Part shown: piece by piece, positions 12,895 through 25,135 of the stretch
How the letters are laid out: every line of letters starts with the position of its first letter
How positions within the stretch are numbered: position 1 is the first letter of the stretch
Assembly: GCA_038496445.1 (NCBI GenBank)
Contig: JALMLS010000062.1
Location: forward strand, 310,001 to 374,000
From: Trichosphaerium sp. ATCC 40318
Lineage: Eukaryota > Protista > Tubulinea
Length of the DNA stretch: 64,000 bases
Reading direction: 5' to 3'
The notes under the pieces: generated by a model
What the model was told of the DNA's origin: nothing
Databases searched by the model: none
Seen by the model: only the letters and a program-made list of their open reading frames with translations
Program-made: the position numbers and the translations under genes

Positions 12895-13002
12895 TTATAT
12901 GTTTGTCGTTCAAAGGTCAATTTACGCTATCTACTCGAGTTTAAGAGTCCTTTAGTAAACAATAAAGCAGGTGTATTTTCTTTCTGTTCAGTTTTGTTTG
13001 AC

Positions 13003-14246
13003 TTAAGTGACCGCTTGTGTTACTGTTCTTGTTTCCCAATCATCTCTGAACTTTGATGTTAATTTTGAGTCCAAACCTGTTCTGGTAGCAAAAGCGTTTT
13101 GAAAAAGTTCTTCTGTAAATGAAGAAATGACAACCTAAGTGGATTAGAACTGAGGATAATGATAGGAGCAAACACATACTGGTTCAAGCTCAATCTTTGC
13201 TTGATTAGGTGTACCAGTCGGAAAATTATAAATGGCGTCACCAGCAAGTTTGAAAAACACTGGAGTATCGGTTGTATCTTGAACAACTGTGCCGGTTTCT
13301 CCTTCCCAGAGTGCACCTCCAGTAGCGACACCCATGGTTAGAACCAAGTGATTGGCAGGGTCAGCGTAATTCCATCCTTTAACTTGGAAGATACTCTCCT
13401 GTAGCGAGAGTCAACACACAGCGGTGTTTCCGAAGAAAATTGTTGTCGTACCATGGTTGTCGGGCTAAGTTGGGTTTCTTGGAGTACAGTTCCTTTTGCG
13501 TCAGACATGAAAAACGCAATAGCGAGTTCACCAACAGGGTCAGGATCAACGATGCTCTTTATGCTTGCCGTGTATGTAGCCCATTTTAGTTGACCTGTTT
13601 CTTCAACGCTTTTGAGTGTGTAATCACTTTCCTAAACAACTTAGTAAGCTTTGGTTTCAAAAAAAAGATCACGTGCGCTTAGTCTGTATCTTTTTACGAC
13701 ACTGTTAGAAGGATTCCGCTCTTCAATTTGGCAGAATGAAATTGCCATGAATCCAGCAGCAAATTCAACATCGAGTTTGAAAGGCTTGAAAAACAAAAAT
13801 GTTAGAAGATTGGTAACGTTTGATTACGCTTTCACAAACTTACGTCATCTTCTGTAGGTTCCTCAAAAGGTTCTTGAGCATTAAAATAAGCAAAGGTTGC
13901 TGATGGGTAAGTGAATCCCTTACCAATAGTAGGAGCTGCAACAGCTAATGAAGAGTATTAGCTGGTTTGAAATTAACTGATAATGGCAAAGTGAGTACAT
14001 ACCTCCAACTATTTTATTCAGTTCTCTTACTGGTTTATCAGCGTTTACTTCAAGTGAAGAGTACCACAGTCCGTTAAAGTATTTTTTTAGCGTGGTAGTG
14101 CGCAATTTACCAGGGTTATCATCAGCCTTCAGAGTAATGCCAGTAAGTAGGCCTAGATTAAATTGTTCTGTTGACGCAAGTGACAAGCAAAAGAACACGG
14201 AAAGGAGGATTAAAGAAACGGCGAGAATACTTTGGGATTTCATCAC
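13003..14246 (-). CDS. Secreted protein of unknown function, about 6 exons
   Basis: Signal peptide MMKSQSILAVSLILLSVFFCLSLA. Phase-consistent exons (GFTYPSATFAYF; FAAGFMAISFCQIEE; ESIFQVKGWNYADPANHLVLTMGVATGG). 3' end uncertain. Confidence 0.75.
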
Positions 14247-14690
14247 GTGATGAGGTGCTTCTGTTGATGAGAGTGTAGATTTTGAATTAATTAATAGTTG
14301 TTTTCGGGTGAAAAGTTAAGACACTTTTTTTTGTGGGTTTTTTTATCGGTTTTTGTGGTGCCAGCGCTAGCCGACCAATTACTCTTATATTGTAAACCTG
14401 TTAGCAGTGCTACAACCAAAGTAAACTCTGAGAATATCATCTTCCCAACAACTTTACGGGTGGGTTTCGTGACCCGAAATTATTGAGCTTTCAATTGTCA
14501 GGTGAGTACTATTTCCGCGCTTGAATGTTGGACACTTGAAGCCTGTGGGCAATGGACCTCACGTGACAAGCATTCAAACGTTTCGGTAGCGTAACTATAT
14601 GTGAAATGTTCACTATATCTTTTGTGAATTTTTTCTAAAACGTTTGCGCTAGCTTGAAAGAAGTAAGTACTTACAATCTGAACAATTCTA

Positions 14691-15375
14691 TTATAGTTTG
14701 TCTCATTCAAGTTTTACTAATATTGTCTAGAAAGTGAGTTTCTAGCACGTTTAGCAAAAAATTGACACTTCTGTCAAGTGGTGTAGATCTATCACTAGGT
14801 GAACTATTTGCGTGATAAAGCTGTCTTTCGTAGTATTCCTACGTACTTAAGTGATAACAAACTTTTCAATTTCGGGTTGGCACATGGCAAGATGATCGCA
14901 GTATTTACCTACATACACAGTACGATCAAACATTATTCTTCAATGAGCTAAAAGCGACTTAAAATGATTCGATTGCCTACAAAGCTATCTCATTACTGCC
15001 GAATGGCGGTATGAATGCCTCGAACACTGTTTGCGGTATGTTTGCTTCACAAAAATGAACGTACGTCTGTAAAACTTACTAGCGCTACACTGGCGGCTAC
15101 CCCATGCTAACAAAAGCACTCTCGCAGCATTCAAACAGAAAAGCAGGGATAACAACATGAAAACTTCCAAAAACACTATCAACTCTGCTGTAGGCTTTGT
15201 GAACGCAGCCAGGTGTCAATTTATAAATATGTAATAAATTTCAGTCTCGGTTTGTTAAATCACGTAATCACGTGGATTCGCAAAAAATTAGCGCCTGACA
15301 GTTAGTCACATTTAAAATATGAGATTTGCAAGTTTTGTCAGATCCGTCAGAAGATCAGAAACTGGTTTTGCTTTC
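14691..15375 (-). mobile_element. TIR element family B, copy 2 (inverted, diverged, one end eroded)
   Basis: Reverse complement aligns with about 4830-5548, e.g. CGGTATGAATGCCTCGAACACTGTTTGC vs GCAAACAGTGTTTGAGGCATTCATACCG. Confidence 0.85.
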
Positions 15376-15719
15376 AATATTATACGGTTGCACGTGATAA
15401 TAAGCGCTTTGCGCACCTGTAAGCCGGTATTGGTACGAATTTTAATGTTATTTGACGCACTAGAGTAAATAATGCCTTCAAAGACCAATATCAGGAGTGT
15501 AAGGTGGGTTATTGCTTTGTCTTCGTATCAGTGTTGTGGACGTCAATTTGTATTGTGATAAAATAATTTAAAACGTGCAGTGCCATAGAGGGTAGCAACA
15601 CAATCACACTTTGAAAAAGTGCAAAGGTGCTGTATTGAAACATTCTACAATGAATTACACCTGAACATTGGTCCACCAATAAACGTCAGTTCTTGAGAGT
15701 TCAAATTTCAATTTGTCTG

Positions 15720-15884
15720 GAATTCGTAGTGACTACCTCCGTAATACAGTGGAGTATCCTGACTTATAAAAAAAATTGCATGCCCTATAAACCTTTACTA
15801 CAGTAGCAAGCGTGACTTTCGAGACTTAATCACAAACTCCTTGACATGTAGTCACTGTATTACGGAGGTAGTCACTACGAATTC
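15720..15884. repeat. Perfect 32-bp inverted repeat with 101-bp spacer (small MITE or hairpin)
   Basis: GAATTCGTAGTGACTACCTCCGTAATACAGTG (15720-15751) and its exact reverse complement (15853-15884). Confidence 0.95.
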
Positions 15885-16236
15885 GCTAAAAATACTATGG
15901 CAAGTCTTTTCTCCGAATAGTTTTCAACAGAGAAAGACACTTTTGATTAGTAGCATTAACTTGTAATTACTTTAACAATTCTTTTGGTGTTACAATGTAC
16001 TTTTGTGCCTGTAGCTTTGTAAAATAAACAAATTAGATATTTCGGATACTATTTTTGGCGGCAACGTTTCGGAGATGTTTTCCACCATTAATATGGAGAC
16101 CTCAGCTATGCTTGAATAGATGACTTTATTTCAAAACCTCATGTACTATCTGAAAATAACGCTCCTATTGTACTTTCTGGTCAACATTGTGAACGAACTC
16201 TGAGGTTTACAAACCAGAAATACAGTTTGTGTCCTT

Positions 16237-17952
16237 ATGAAAACCACGTGTGGGATGTGCCAGACTGCTTTTGTAGTTTGGGTAATACTACACTCTGATT
16301 GTTAGAACAGGCTTAGTAACATTTCATTCCGTAGGTAGTCGCTTTGGTTGTGTTATTACCAGGAGCTTCGACCACCTTAAATTTGCCCAATATTGGATCA
16401 TTTGCTGCGCCTACGTTGACGTACGACAAAAACTAGCAATTACCGTTTATTAAAAATCGTATATATTAGATATCCGGGATCTATATGGCCAGGGGATGGC
16501 GTGAGCGGAACAGTCACGCACTACATGCAGAAAAACACATCTTTTTTCGACAAAATTCTGTTAGTGTCGTTTACAGCTCCAAGAGCTGGCGTTGCTCTGG
16601 AGCCGATAATCGCTTCGTACCAACAATACAGACCCAAAGCTCTAGTTTTTAGAGGGACTTCACTTACGCCTGGTAAGATGTGGTTCGATACCAACAGAGA
16701 CTTTGATAGTGTGAAAACGCCAGTGGCAGTAATTTCAGGTGCCTTGTTTCGGCTTTTTTAGCCAACACTAACTTATTTAGCTGACCACTTCGATTATATT
16801 GTAAATACTCTCATACAAACCAATGGAACCATAGGCAACTCCGTATTATTACGAGGTACTTTAAAAAGTGAGTTTTATTTCGGAGTACTTAGCTGTTTTT
16901 TTTTCCAAATAGAAAGAAATGAATGGGAACACGTCCTTACTGGTAAAGTTGTGATGCTTTGTATACAGCTCCCGTTTATTTTATGGAGTCTATTAAATAT
17001 ATGCTTGTGCTTGAACCGATTCTACAATATAACCGGATCCGGTAGATGCGTTTTGGATGCTAAACACATCATTCTTTGTTTTGAGTTTATTGCAAACTTC
17101 AGTACGTCATAACTAATTGATCACGTGTGAAAAAAAAGATCCAACTTATTAACATGCGTTGTTAGTACGTCTTGTATTCTCAATAGATCTGTATGGCTCT
17201 CATAGACTTTATCCTCCTTGGGCGGCCACAATCTCATTTAAAAGTACACAACCATTTGCACTTGGATCTTTCATTATTATGGCTGTTCAATGGAATGTTA
17301 TTTTAAGAGCACAGAATATAATGGTTAATCACTTCGTTCAAAAAGTAAAGATTCTTTTCTATATATGTGTTACTGCACTTATTATCCTGGAGATAGCATC
17401 TATTATTGCGTTTGTACTAGTACGTATTTCAAAGTTAAGAAACTTTCTCAACTCCTTCTAGGTTGAAAAATCAAACTTGCTTTTCGGAATAACTGGATTC
17501 TACGTCCTATTGATTTTCATCGTTGGTGTGTATTATAATGTAACAGCAATTCGCGTACTTCTCCGTATTAGGAGGATGGAATCTACACGTGCGAAGAGAA
17601 GTATAGCAACGGTAAGAGCAAAGCGACCATAATTTTAGTAGAAATAAGAAGGCTTACACTCGTTTAGGCTATGAATAAGGGCATTGGTGTTGGCGTAACA
17701 ATAATCTTGAGTTCTGTTAGTACTTTCCTGTTCCTTCCTTTTATTATAGGAAGTCCGGTTGGCTATGTATTGGTTCTTTCTTGGTATTCTTGTCTTCTTT
17801 TTCTAGCAAGCACTCTTCAGATCTTACACTTCTATGATACTAGAAATTTACGTAAGAGATACCTTATTGGCCTTGGTTTGATTGAGCCAAATGACGACAA
17901 ACCATCTTGTGAAGAAATGAATACAACAAAACGAACAAATAACATGGCATGA
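16237..17952 (+). CDS. Signal peptide + PA-like ectodomain + ~7TM receptor-like membrane protein (paralog 1)
   Basis: Spliced model: hydrophobic leader, ectodomain (KILLVSF..PKALVFRG..TPVAVIS), then serial TM segments (ILCFEFIANF, QPFALGSFIIMAVQW, ...LASTLQILHF). Confidence 0.75.
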
Positions 17953-18551
17953 CGAAATTGAAGCATCAAGAAACTAGCATTGAATCTGTAAATATCAACG
18001 TGTTTTTTTTTTCTCACTGTTCCTTGTGATGCTAAGTTGTTCCTTCCTTATTTACTCGAATTATGCTAATTCGTATAATTTTGGTAATTACTACATAAGG
18101 TGAACGACATTCCGAAAAGTCTTTACACTCTTCTTGTACATGGTGGCAAACTTGCGGAGTATTAAACGACTTTTATCCAATCACGCCCAGTAGCTGAACT
18201 TATACAGGTTTTTAGGCCGTTCGGACTAAAAGCGTTCCAATGGTCCGACATCTTTAGCAAGGCATTGATCCGCTGCTTAATTGTTGTACATAAATACAAG
18301 TATGTATTAATATAAAAGAAGAATTCCTAAAGAAGGAAGATACTTGCCAAAAAGGTACCCCGAATTTGTGGATTAGAAACATTGCCTAGAAACGTGGACA
18401 TCGACTATTAAATGGGATAGCATTCATGCAACACTATTGCTTCTCAAAACAACTCGGACAATTAGTACAACTTTGTCCAAGCTTTCCTTTTCTGGAGTTA
18501 GTTAATGAATGATAAAAACCTTCAAATTTTACTCTTCCAACAACACCAACA

Positions 18552-18924
18552 ATGCATGTCCTTGTTATAACAATCATATTATCTTGTCTGGCTTATCTAG
18601 CAGCTGCCAGAAACTGTAAAGATCAATGTGACGAGTTTAACACTATGCCTCAGTTCTGGTCTTGACCCTAAACTTTGTAACGCTACATATGTTGCATGCA
18701 ACCCAGCATGTGAGAGCTACGTACCTTCAGAACAACAAGACGCAATGAAGATCATTAGAGCTGAATCAAGACGGAAACAGCTCACGATTGGTGCTGGGTC
18801 TATAGAGCCATGCGAATTGTTATGTTTGTGGCTTGATTGGCCTTGCGAACTGGTTCACTTACCAGAACCTGTATGCCATGCAATTGACGTTGTGTGCTTG
18901 AAAATATCATGTGGTAGTCAATAA
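18552..18924 (+). CDS. Small secreted protein with two 6-Cys repeats; apparent 2-nt deletion near 18640
   Basis: Signal peptide MHVLVITIILSCLAYLAAA, then RNCKDQCDEFN; continues in another frame LCLSSGLDPKLCNATYVACNPAC ... CELLCLWLDWPCELVHLPEPVCHAIDVVCLKISC*. Confidence 0.7.
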
Positions 18925-19840
18925 ATGAACTGTACATGCGTTCTGAACAAAGGTCAAATGAGCCTCTTTAATAAAAAATTGTTTACCTCCATTATTATTT
19001 CCTTTTTTTTGTTTGCGGTGTGATTATTTCACAGCTGTGTATCCCCCCAAGAAGACTTTTTATATCCGCAACAGGGGTATAATCGCTTCGTCATAAGTAC
19101 TAACGTTGGCTAGGGAATCATGTATGTGGTATTTTGACATGCATGTTTCATTTCTATTGCGAAATATGACAATATATTCTAACCTAGTGACTTGTTCAAG
19201 AAACTGTGGGTTCTATACGCTTGTAAATATTTACCAAACAACGAAAGCTGTTGTTTTGGTTGCGCCATTTATACTGGATAGAAATGTTGTTGATTCGGAT
19301 GCTAGATTGTCGTAAATCAGCACAATTGTTTGGTACTACGCTGTCTTGTATTCGGAGGGGCTTGCTAAAGCTTGTTTGAATACAACATAATACCTCCTTT
19401 GTTACCCATTAATGTAACAACAGGTGAGCTAACAGCGTAAAAGTTCTTACAATTTCTATTTCTCAAATGTTGTTGTATTTTTATCGCTATGTAGCACGTG
19501 TTCTTGAGATTATACCACATGACAACATATAAGTTAAAGGTTAAATGCGTATCTGGCTAACGAAAATACAATAGTAACTGCGATAGGAAAAGAAAACTTC
19601 AGAGAATTCAAAGATGTTTGTTGATGTCAGAAAAAAAAAGTGTCTCGCGGTAAACCCGGACATTCTTTACCCATAAATATACTATGGCTATACCCTCAAT
19701 AGTTGTTTTCTTATTTTTGAATACTTCCTTAGTTGTTATCGTCATACAAATACCAAGAGCACTGGAGTTTTTGTGAATTTTCAACTATTCTGCCTTCCTT
19801 AACAAAACACAAAAGAACGCGTATCCAAACAAAACTAACA

Positions 19841-20755
19841 ATGGCTAAACGAGTACATACAGATGATAAAGACATTAATAAGCGTGGTGGGAGCCTAAAA
19901 TACGTAACTACAATACAACATAAAATGGACGCTGCCCGTCAACGCCATAATTGGTCGGCTACTATAGTAGGTGTTCATGAGAGTCATGACGATACTTTCA
20001 TGCCATTTGCTCTTTATCAAATCCGCGTTGACAACCCAAAGTCTGCAAAGGGGTTCATAGCGTTGAAACGATATAACGACTTCGTTATTCTTCAAAAAAA
20101 GGTACAAGGTGGTTTTATTTGACGTCTCTGGTTCTCACTATCGCCGAAGAAAAAACTTTTAATTAAAAAAAAACCTCTCTGTGCACGTGGTGGTTACCCT
20201 TTCGCTGACACGTGGGTTTTAGGTCAAACAAGAATATAAAAAACAGTTTAGCGATATAACATGGACTTCAAGTGATAATTTCCCATTCCCAGCGTACGTC
20301 CACGTGCTACTAAGCGTTCAATTGACTTCGTGATCTTTTGTTAGTTTTTTTCGTACAAAAAACAGTGTGATTCGGTTTTTCTTCTTACTCCGATTAGTAT
20401 GCCACCAAAACGGATTTTACTATCCTCAATAGATCCAATAGTCACAACAGAGCGTACAATAAAGTTCCAAGAGTACATGGACCGGCTTAAAACAATAGAG
20501 GAAATTTTTCAAAAATATATACTTTACGACTGGCTGATGGAGTCTGTACGCGCCAAGAATAACATGAACTGTGATCTTACATTTCCCCAGGTATCTAAAG
20601 TTAATGATATAGCAATTGGAGACGATCCAGGAACCACAAGTGTAAATGAACGCGTGATATCATCACAAGCACAAAGAAAAAGTTTGGAGTTCTTTCCAAG
20701 ATACGAGGACACTTTTACGCCAACTGTAAAGCCACGGCCGCACTCTCTTCTGTAG
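19841..20755 (+). CDS. PX (phox homology) domain protein, multi-exon
   Basis: FALYQIRV...KRYNDFVILQKK | ...FPFP | MPPKRIL....ERTIKFQEYMDRL matches PX motifs. 3' end uncertain. Confidence 0.85.
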
Positions 20756-21077
20756 AATTGAACGCTGTCTACAGAAGGAAGAAAAAAAAAGAACAAAACG
20801 AAAGCCACATGATGTACAAACGGCAAAAAAACAACAAAGCTGAGAAAAAAAACACCAGCAAAAATAATAACTTATTTATCAATCTTGTACTACGTTGAAT
20901 ACGTATAGATCACTACAACGTTGTAGTGGAGTACTGAAATGCACTTCTGTTATTGAGTTCCAAGACTGCGTTCAACCTTGCAATGTCTTGTTTGATTCAC
21001 AGAAAGAATCCTAGCCAAAAGCAAGAAAGTCATAAGTTAGACGTTGCTCATACTAAATCATAGTTGAAAGCGTAGAA

Positions 21078-21968
21078 ATGAACGTTAGAGGTCTACTTCA
21101 GCTTCCAGTTGAGCTTCAACTTGATATTGTAGATCTAGACGCTAGTTTACTGTTAAAATGGCCAATTTTATGTAAGAACGCCGCAATAGCGATTAGGTTC
21201 GATCAAAACTTGAATAGACAAGGCAAGTGGGAGAAATACAGTAAAGGAAATCGTATTTTGATAAGGCAAGCTTATTTCAACAAAGGCGTACTTGTCGGAC
21301 AATACAAGGAGTTTTTTGAAGATGGTCAACTGAGAGTCACGTGCTTTTATGACAATTATGGAGAACTACATGGAGAGGTAACAAGGTGGTTTTCTAATGG
21401 TAATATGAGTGAAAGATATAGCTGTATTAGAGGCGAAATAGAAGGAGAATACAAGAGTTGGTATGAAGATGGTCAAAAGAAAATGTATGGGTGTATTATT
21501 GATGGTAAGAGGGAAGGTGAGTTTATATCTTGGAGGCAGTATACAGGTTATGAGGAAGATGCACAATTAAAGCAAGAGAGTTGCTTTTACGTTAATGGAA
21601 AACTAGAAGGAGATCATTTCAGATGGTTTGTTAGTGGCGCTTTGTGTGAGCACAATGTTTATAAGAATAATAAAAGACATGGAGTTTCAAGGGCTTGGGA
21701 CGATATAGGTGTAGGAAGATATCTTGTTGATGAACGTGTATATGTTGATGGTCTGCTAGAAGGACAACATAAGATGTGGCATAGGGGTGGACAACTAAAA
21801 GGAATGTGTTTTTATGTTAAAGGAAGGAAAGAGGGTGAATATGTCTTCTGGGACGAGCATGGCAATACATCAGATTATTTGCGTGAAATAGGTTCAAACA
21901 GGTACTATGAGTTTCATAGTACATGGTGTAGACAAACTGGTACTCTGGACGTATTTCCTTTCAAGTAA
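21078..21968 (+). CDS. F-box-like + MORN-variant repeat protein (copy 5)
   Basis: LLQLPVELQLDIVDLD..KWPILCK..RFDQNLNRQGKW followed by about 8 diverged repeats. Confidence 0.9.
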   Translation: MNVRGLLQLPVELQLDIVDLDASLLLKWPILCKNAAIAIRFDQNLNRQGKWEKYSKGNRILIRQAYFNKGVLVGQYKEFFEDGQLRVTCFYDNYGELHGEVTRWFSNGNMSERYSCIRGEIEGEYKSWYEDGQKKMYGCIIDGKREGEFISWRQYTGYEEDAQLKQESCFYVNGKLEGDHFRWFVSGALCEHNVYKNNKRHGVSRAWDDIGVGRYLVDERVYVDGLLEGQHKMWHRGGQLKGMCFYVKGRKEGEYVFWDEHGNTSDYLREIGSNRYYEFHSTWCRQTGTLDVFPFK

Positions 21969-22459
21969 GAAGTCGATTTTTGGAATACCACAAGTTTTTG
22001 AAGGCAGCTGGCGAATTGCTTTAAATGTTTGGTCTATCAAGAGACTAGTTAGAACAGACTTGAATTTAAAGTAACGGGGACTGCATCTCATTACACCATG
22101 ACCTTCCCTGTTGATCAAGCGCTATTGTACTACAAGGATTCTTAAAAATGATAAAATGAATAAATATAAACATTTTTGTTGGTTTATTGAGATCTTTTGT
22201 ATTGATATCACAGTGTTTATATTGGTTGACATATTTATATTTACATTGACGGTATCTACAAACCACTTGGCTGTTCGATCCACTTCTTTTAATGCAGTTT
22301 GGTATGTGGAACAACGCTTGGAAGGAATCTATTGAGCAAACAAAGAATAGCTATTTTACTTGGTAAGAAGGGTTGTAGGAGTTTATTTTATTATAGAGTG
22401 CAATAAGTTGATTACAACCAGTACGTGAAATTGTACTTGGCAACCTATTACTCAACCTT

Positions 22460-24070
22460 TTAATAGCCTCCATAGTGTACTTGTTGAGGAGGTGCATAAG
22501 CTTGTGGTGTATTGTACTGTGGTTGACTGTATGGATCAATTGCTCCCGGTGTATGTGATGTGTATGCATTTGTTGGTGTTACAGGTGCTTGATGAGTCGT
22601 TACAGGAGACACAGCAGATGGTGTTGAAATAGTTTTAGATGAGAAATTGTTACCTTTACAAGGACAAAACCTCTATTAAATAATCAGGTAACGTGATAGA
22701 TACTTGGCAAACAAATGACAAAAAAAAGTACACTAAAGCGAAGCGCAGCTGATGCAGCTACGCATAAACACAGTAGCACTATTATTGGTATAGCTATTAG
22801 TGCGAAACTGAAGTCAGAACCTCTTCTGGTTTTTTCTAAGTCAGTCCATTCCACAGCAATCTGAGGAGTATTCTAAAAAAACAATATTAACTTTAGTAAA
22901 CCAGCAGTAAGCTTACATTATCGTATGACCATTGAGCACTTTCAAGTATCTCAGTAAAGTCCTTTGGTCTAAATATTAATACTATGGAGCTTTTCCCTGG
23001 CGTATAACCTATCACAGGATTTAAGTAAAGGCTGGCACTGGCGATGATTGGAAAAGAAAAAAAGCGGAAAGGTATCAAAAACTTGACGGAACGCTATTTC
23101 CTTGTTTTATTTTGATACTTTTCGTACCTGTCCTCTCTGTTAAAGCACTTAATTGACCTGTAGATAGATTCCAAATACTATTTTCATCATCAGAAGTTGT
23201 TAGTCGAAACGTTGATACTAAAACAATCTTAGCGACAACGCATTCCAAAAAAAGTACAGATAAAAATTATGAAAATACACCAAAAAATCAAACACTAACA
23301 TCCACGTGGAAGATCCCAGCTGATGTAATTATAAGACCGACTAGATAAACACTCTCTTTTAGATGGGTTCGGAACAGATACAATCTCCATACGGAATTCT
23401 TTTTTTAATAGTCTAAGAACGAAGGCACTTTTCATCCTAAACTTTACAGATCGAACCTAAAATTTCTTTTTAGAATGTTCACGTGAAAAAAACCCCGACT
23501 AACAAAACCGCTATCTTTGTCAACGTAGTTGCTATGGCAGCCGCTATGGTTACGTACAGGTGATATAAATTTTACATTGTTGAATCTCATGTATATCGAA
23601 GCGTTTGCTGGTATAAACGTGCCTGAGGCACATATAGGCCGTGTTGTACCAGGTAGAATATACATCACTTCGTCAGGGCCTTGAACTGATTTTTCGTCTA
23701 TTTTTGGGTTAAAAACGTGCGCTCGTGTATTTTAATATACGTACTTGCGATTGTCACATGTATTACCGATACCGTTAAAACGATAAATACTGTGAGGACA
23801 TAGCACATTGTAGAGGTATGTATATTCCAAAACTCGATGGTAGAAGTGTGTTGTCTGCTAGTACCTCATATGTGATCTAAAAAAAAAATGCACCATGCAA
23901 ATCCTGACGACTTGAGGTTAACACCAAAATTTCACAAAGGGTCTGGTGGCACAATAGTAGGTTTTAAAAAGTATTGTTTGTCTAAGCTCCTTAATTCTAA
24001 TGCAAATATGATGACTATGCCCGTAACTATTGATGGTAATTTTCCAGCAAGAACAAGCTGAACAACGTAC
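22460..24070 (-). CDS. Multi-exon membrane protein with a Pro/Tyr/Gln-rich cytoplasmic tail, unknown function; 5' end uncertain; one in-frame TGA near 23932
   Basis: Exons YILPGTTRPICASG, SLYLNPVIGYTPGK, TM segment FALIAIPIIVLLCLCVAASAAL, tail PYSQPQYNTPQAYAPPQQVHYGGY*. Confidence 0.55.
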
Positions 24071-25135
24071 TGCAGTGAGCGTATGTAATAAACATTTTTT
24101 TATCTTTCTAAGAATATGGCAAATTAGTACAAACTTGAGTCTTCGAGTAAGGTTGCTAAAGGTATAGGCACAGCTTACAATGTTGTGGTAGTCGGATTGG
24201 AATTGATCATGGGATAGGAGCTGGTGTAAAAGGGTACGCAGGATGACTTCCTGGCACGCAGGCTAAGTTGGACCTTCTATGGAATTCCCAAACTAGCACA
24301 AAGCGAACATCAGCACGTTATGCAGCTTCTGTAGTGAAAATGAGCGTATAGGTACTGGAGCTACACATACGACTGCAAAGACATTCCACAGAGGGGTTAA
24401 AAGATTCGGTAAAGGCCTAGGAATAGGTAAGTGTGCAAAGCGTCTTTGGTTATCAACATTAAGTTTGCTTGTTCTAAGTGCTTCGTTTACTGGAAGAACT
24501 ATTCATCGTGGTGTTGCAAGGAATTCACTGTATAAAGAAAGGAAACTCAAGAAACGCATAGCAAAGTCTAGAGGTCATCCTGTAAATGAGAATCAAGTAG
24601 CTGCTAAACAGATTGGCAGTAGCTCTGTTCACGGAGCTAAAACAGTTATTTAAGCTTTTGGCAAATCAACAAAAATTGCACAAGATACCTGTGATGCACA
24701 TGTGGGATATGTCGAACATATGTACGTCTTTTCTGAACCTGGTTTCGTATCTAAAGACAAGTATTACATAGACAAGTACATGAGAAAGGCGAAATGACAA
24801 GAAAGAACTGGAATTCTGCAGGTCTGTACGTACTAAACCCTTTCGTATCACGTGTATTTTATGCCAGTTTTAAACTACAAATGACTTATATTGACAAATA
24901 CTGGAAAAAGCTTTGCGATTTTTTTTACCTCATGGCTGAAGCAAAAACAGTTAGTGGTTTAACGCGGATCACTAAAATTTAGTTTAAAGCCTAGTGGTGC
25001 GTAGTCTTATCATTTTTCGTATTTTAACTCGAACCCAGGAATAGTATTCGCTTGCGAGACCAGAAGGCCATTGTAGAAAAAAAAGTAGTATTCGCGGCCA
25101 CGAAAAAAAGGTTTTCACAGAAAAAGAAAAGTAAA

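Noticed and set aside
25022-25075. tRNA on the minus strand (TGGCCTTCTGG and GGTTCGAG boxes)
   Set aside because: No T-stem, acceptor stem or cloverleaf can be formed.
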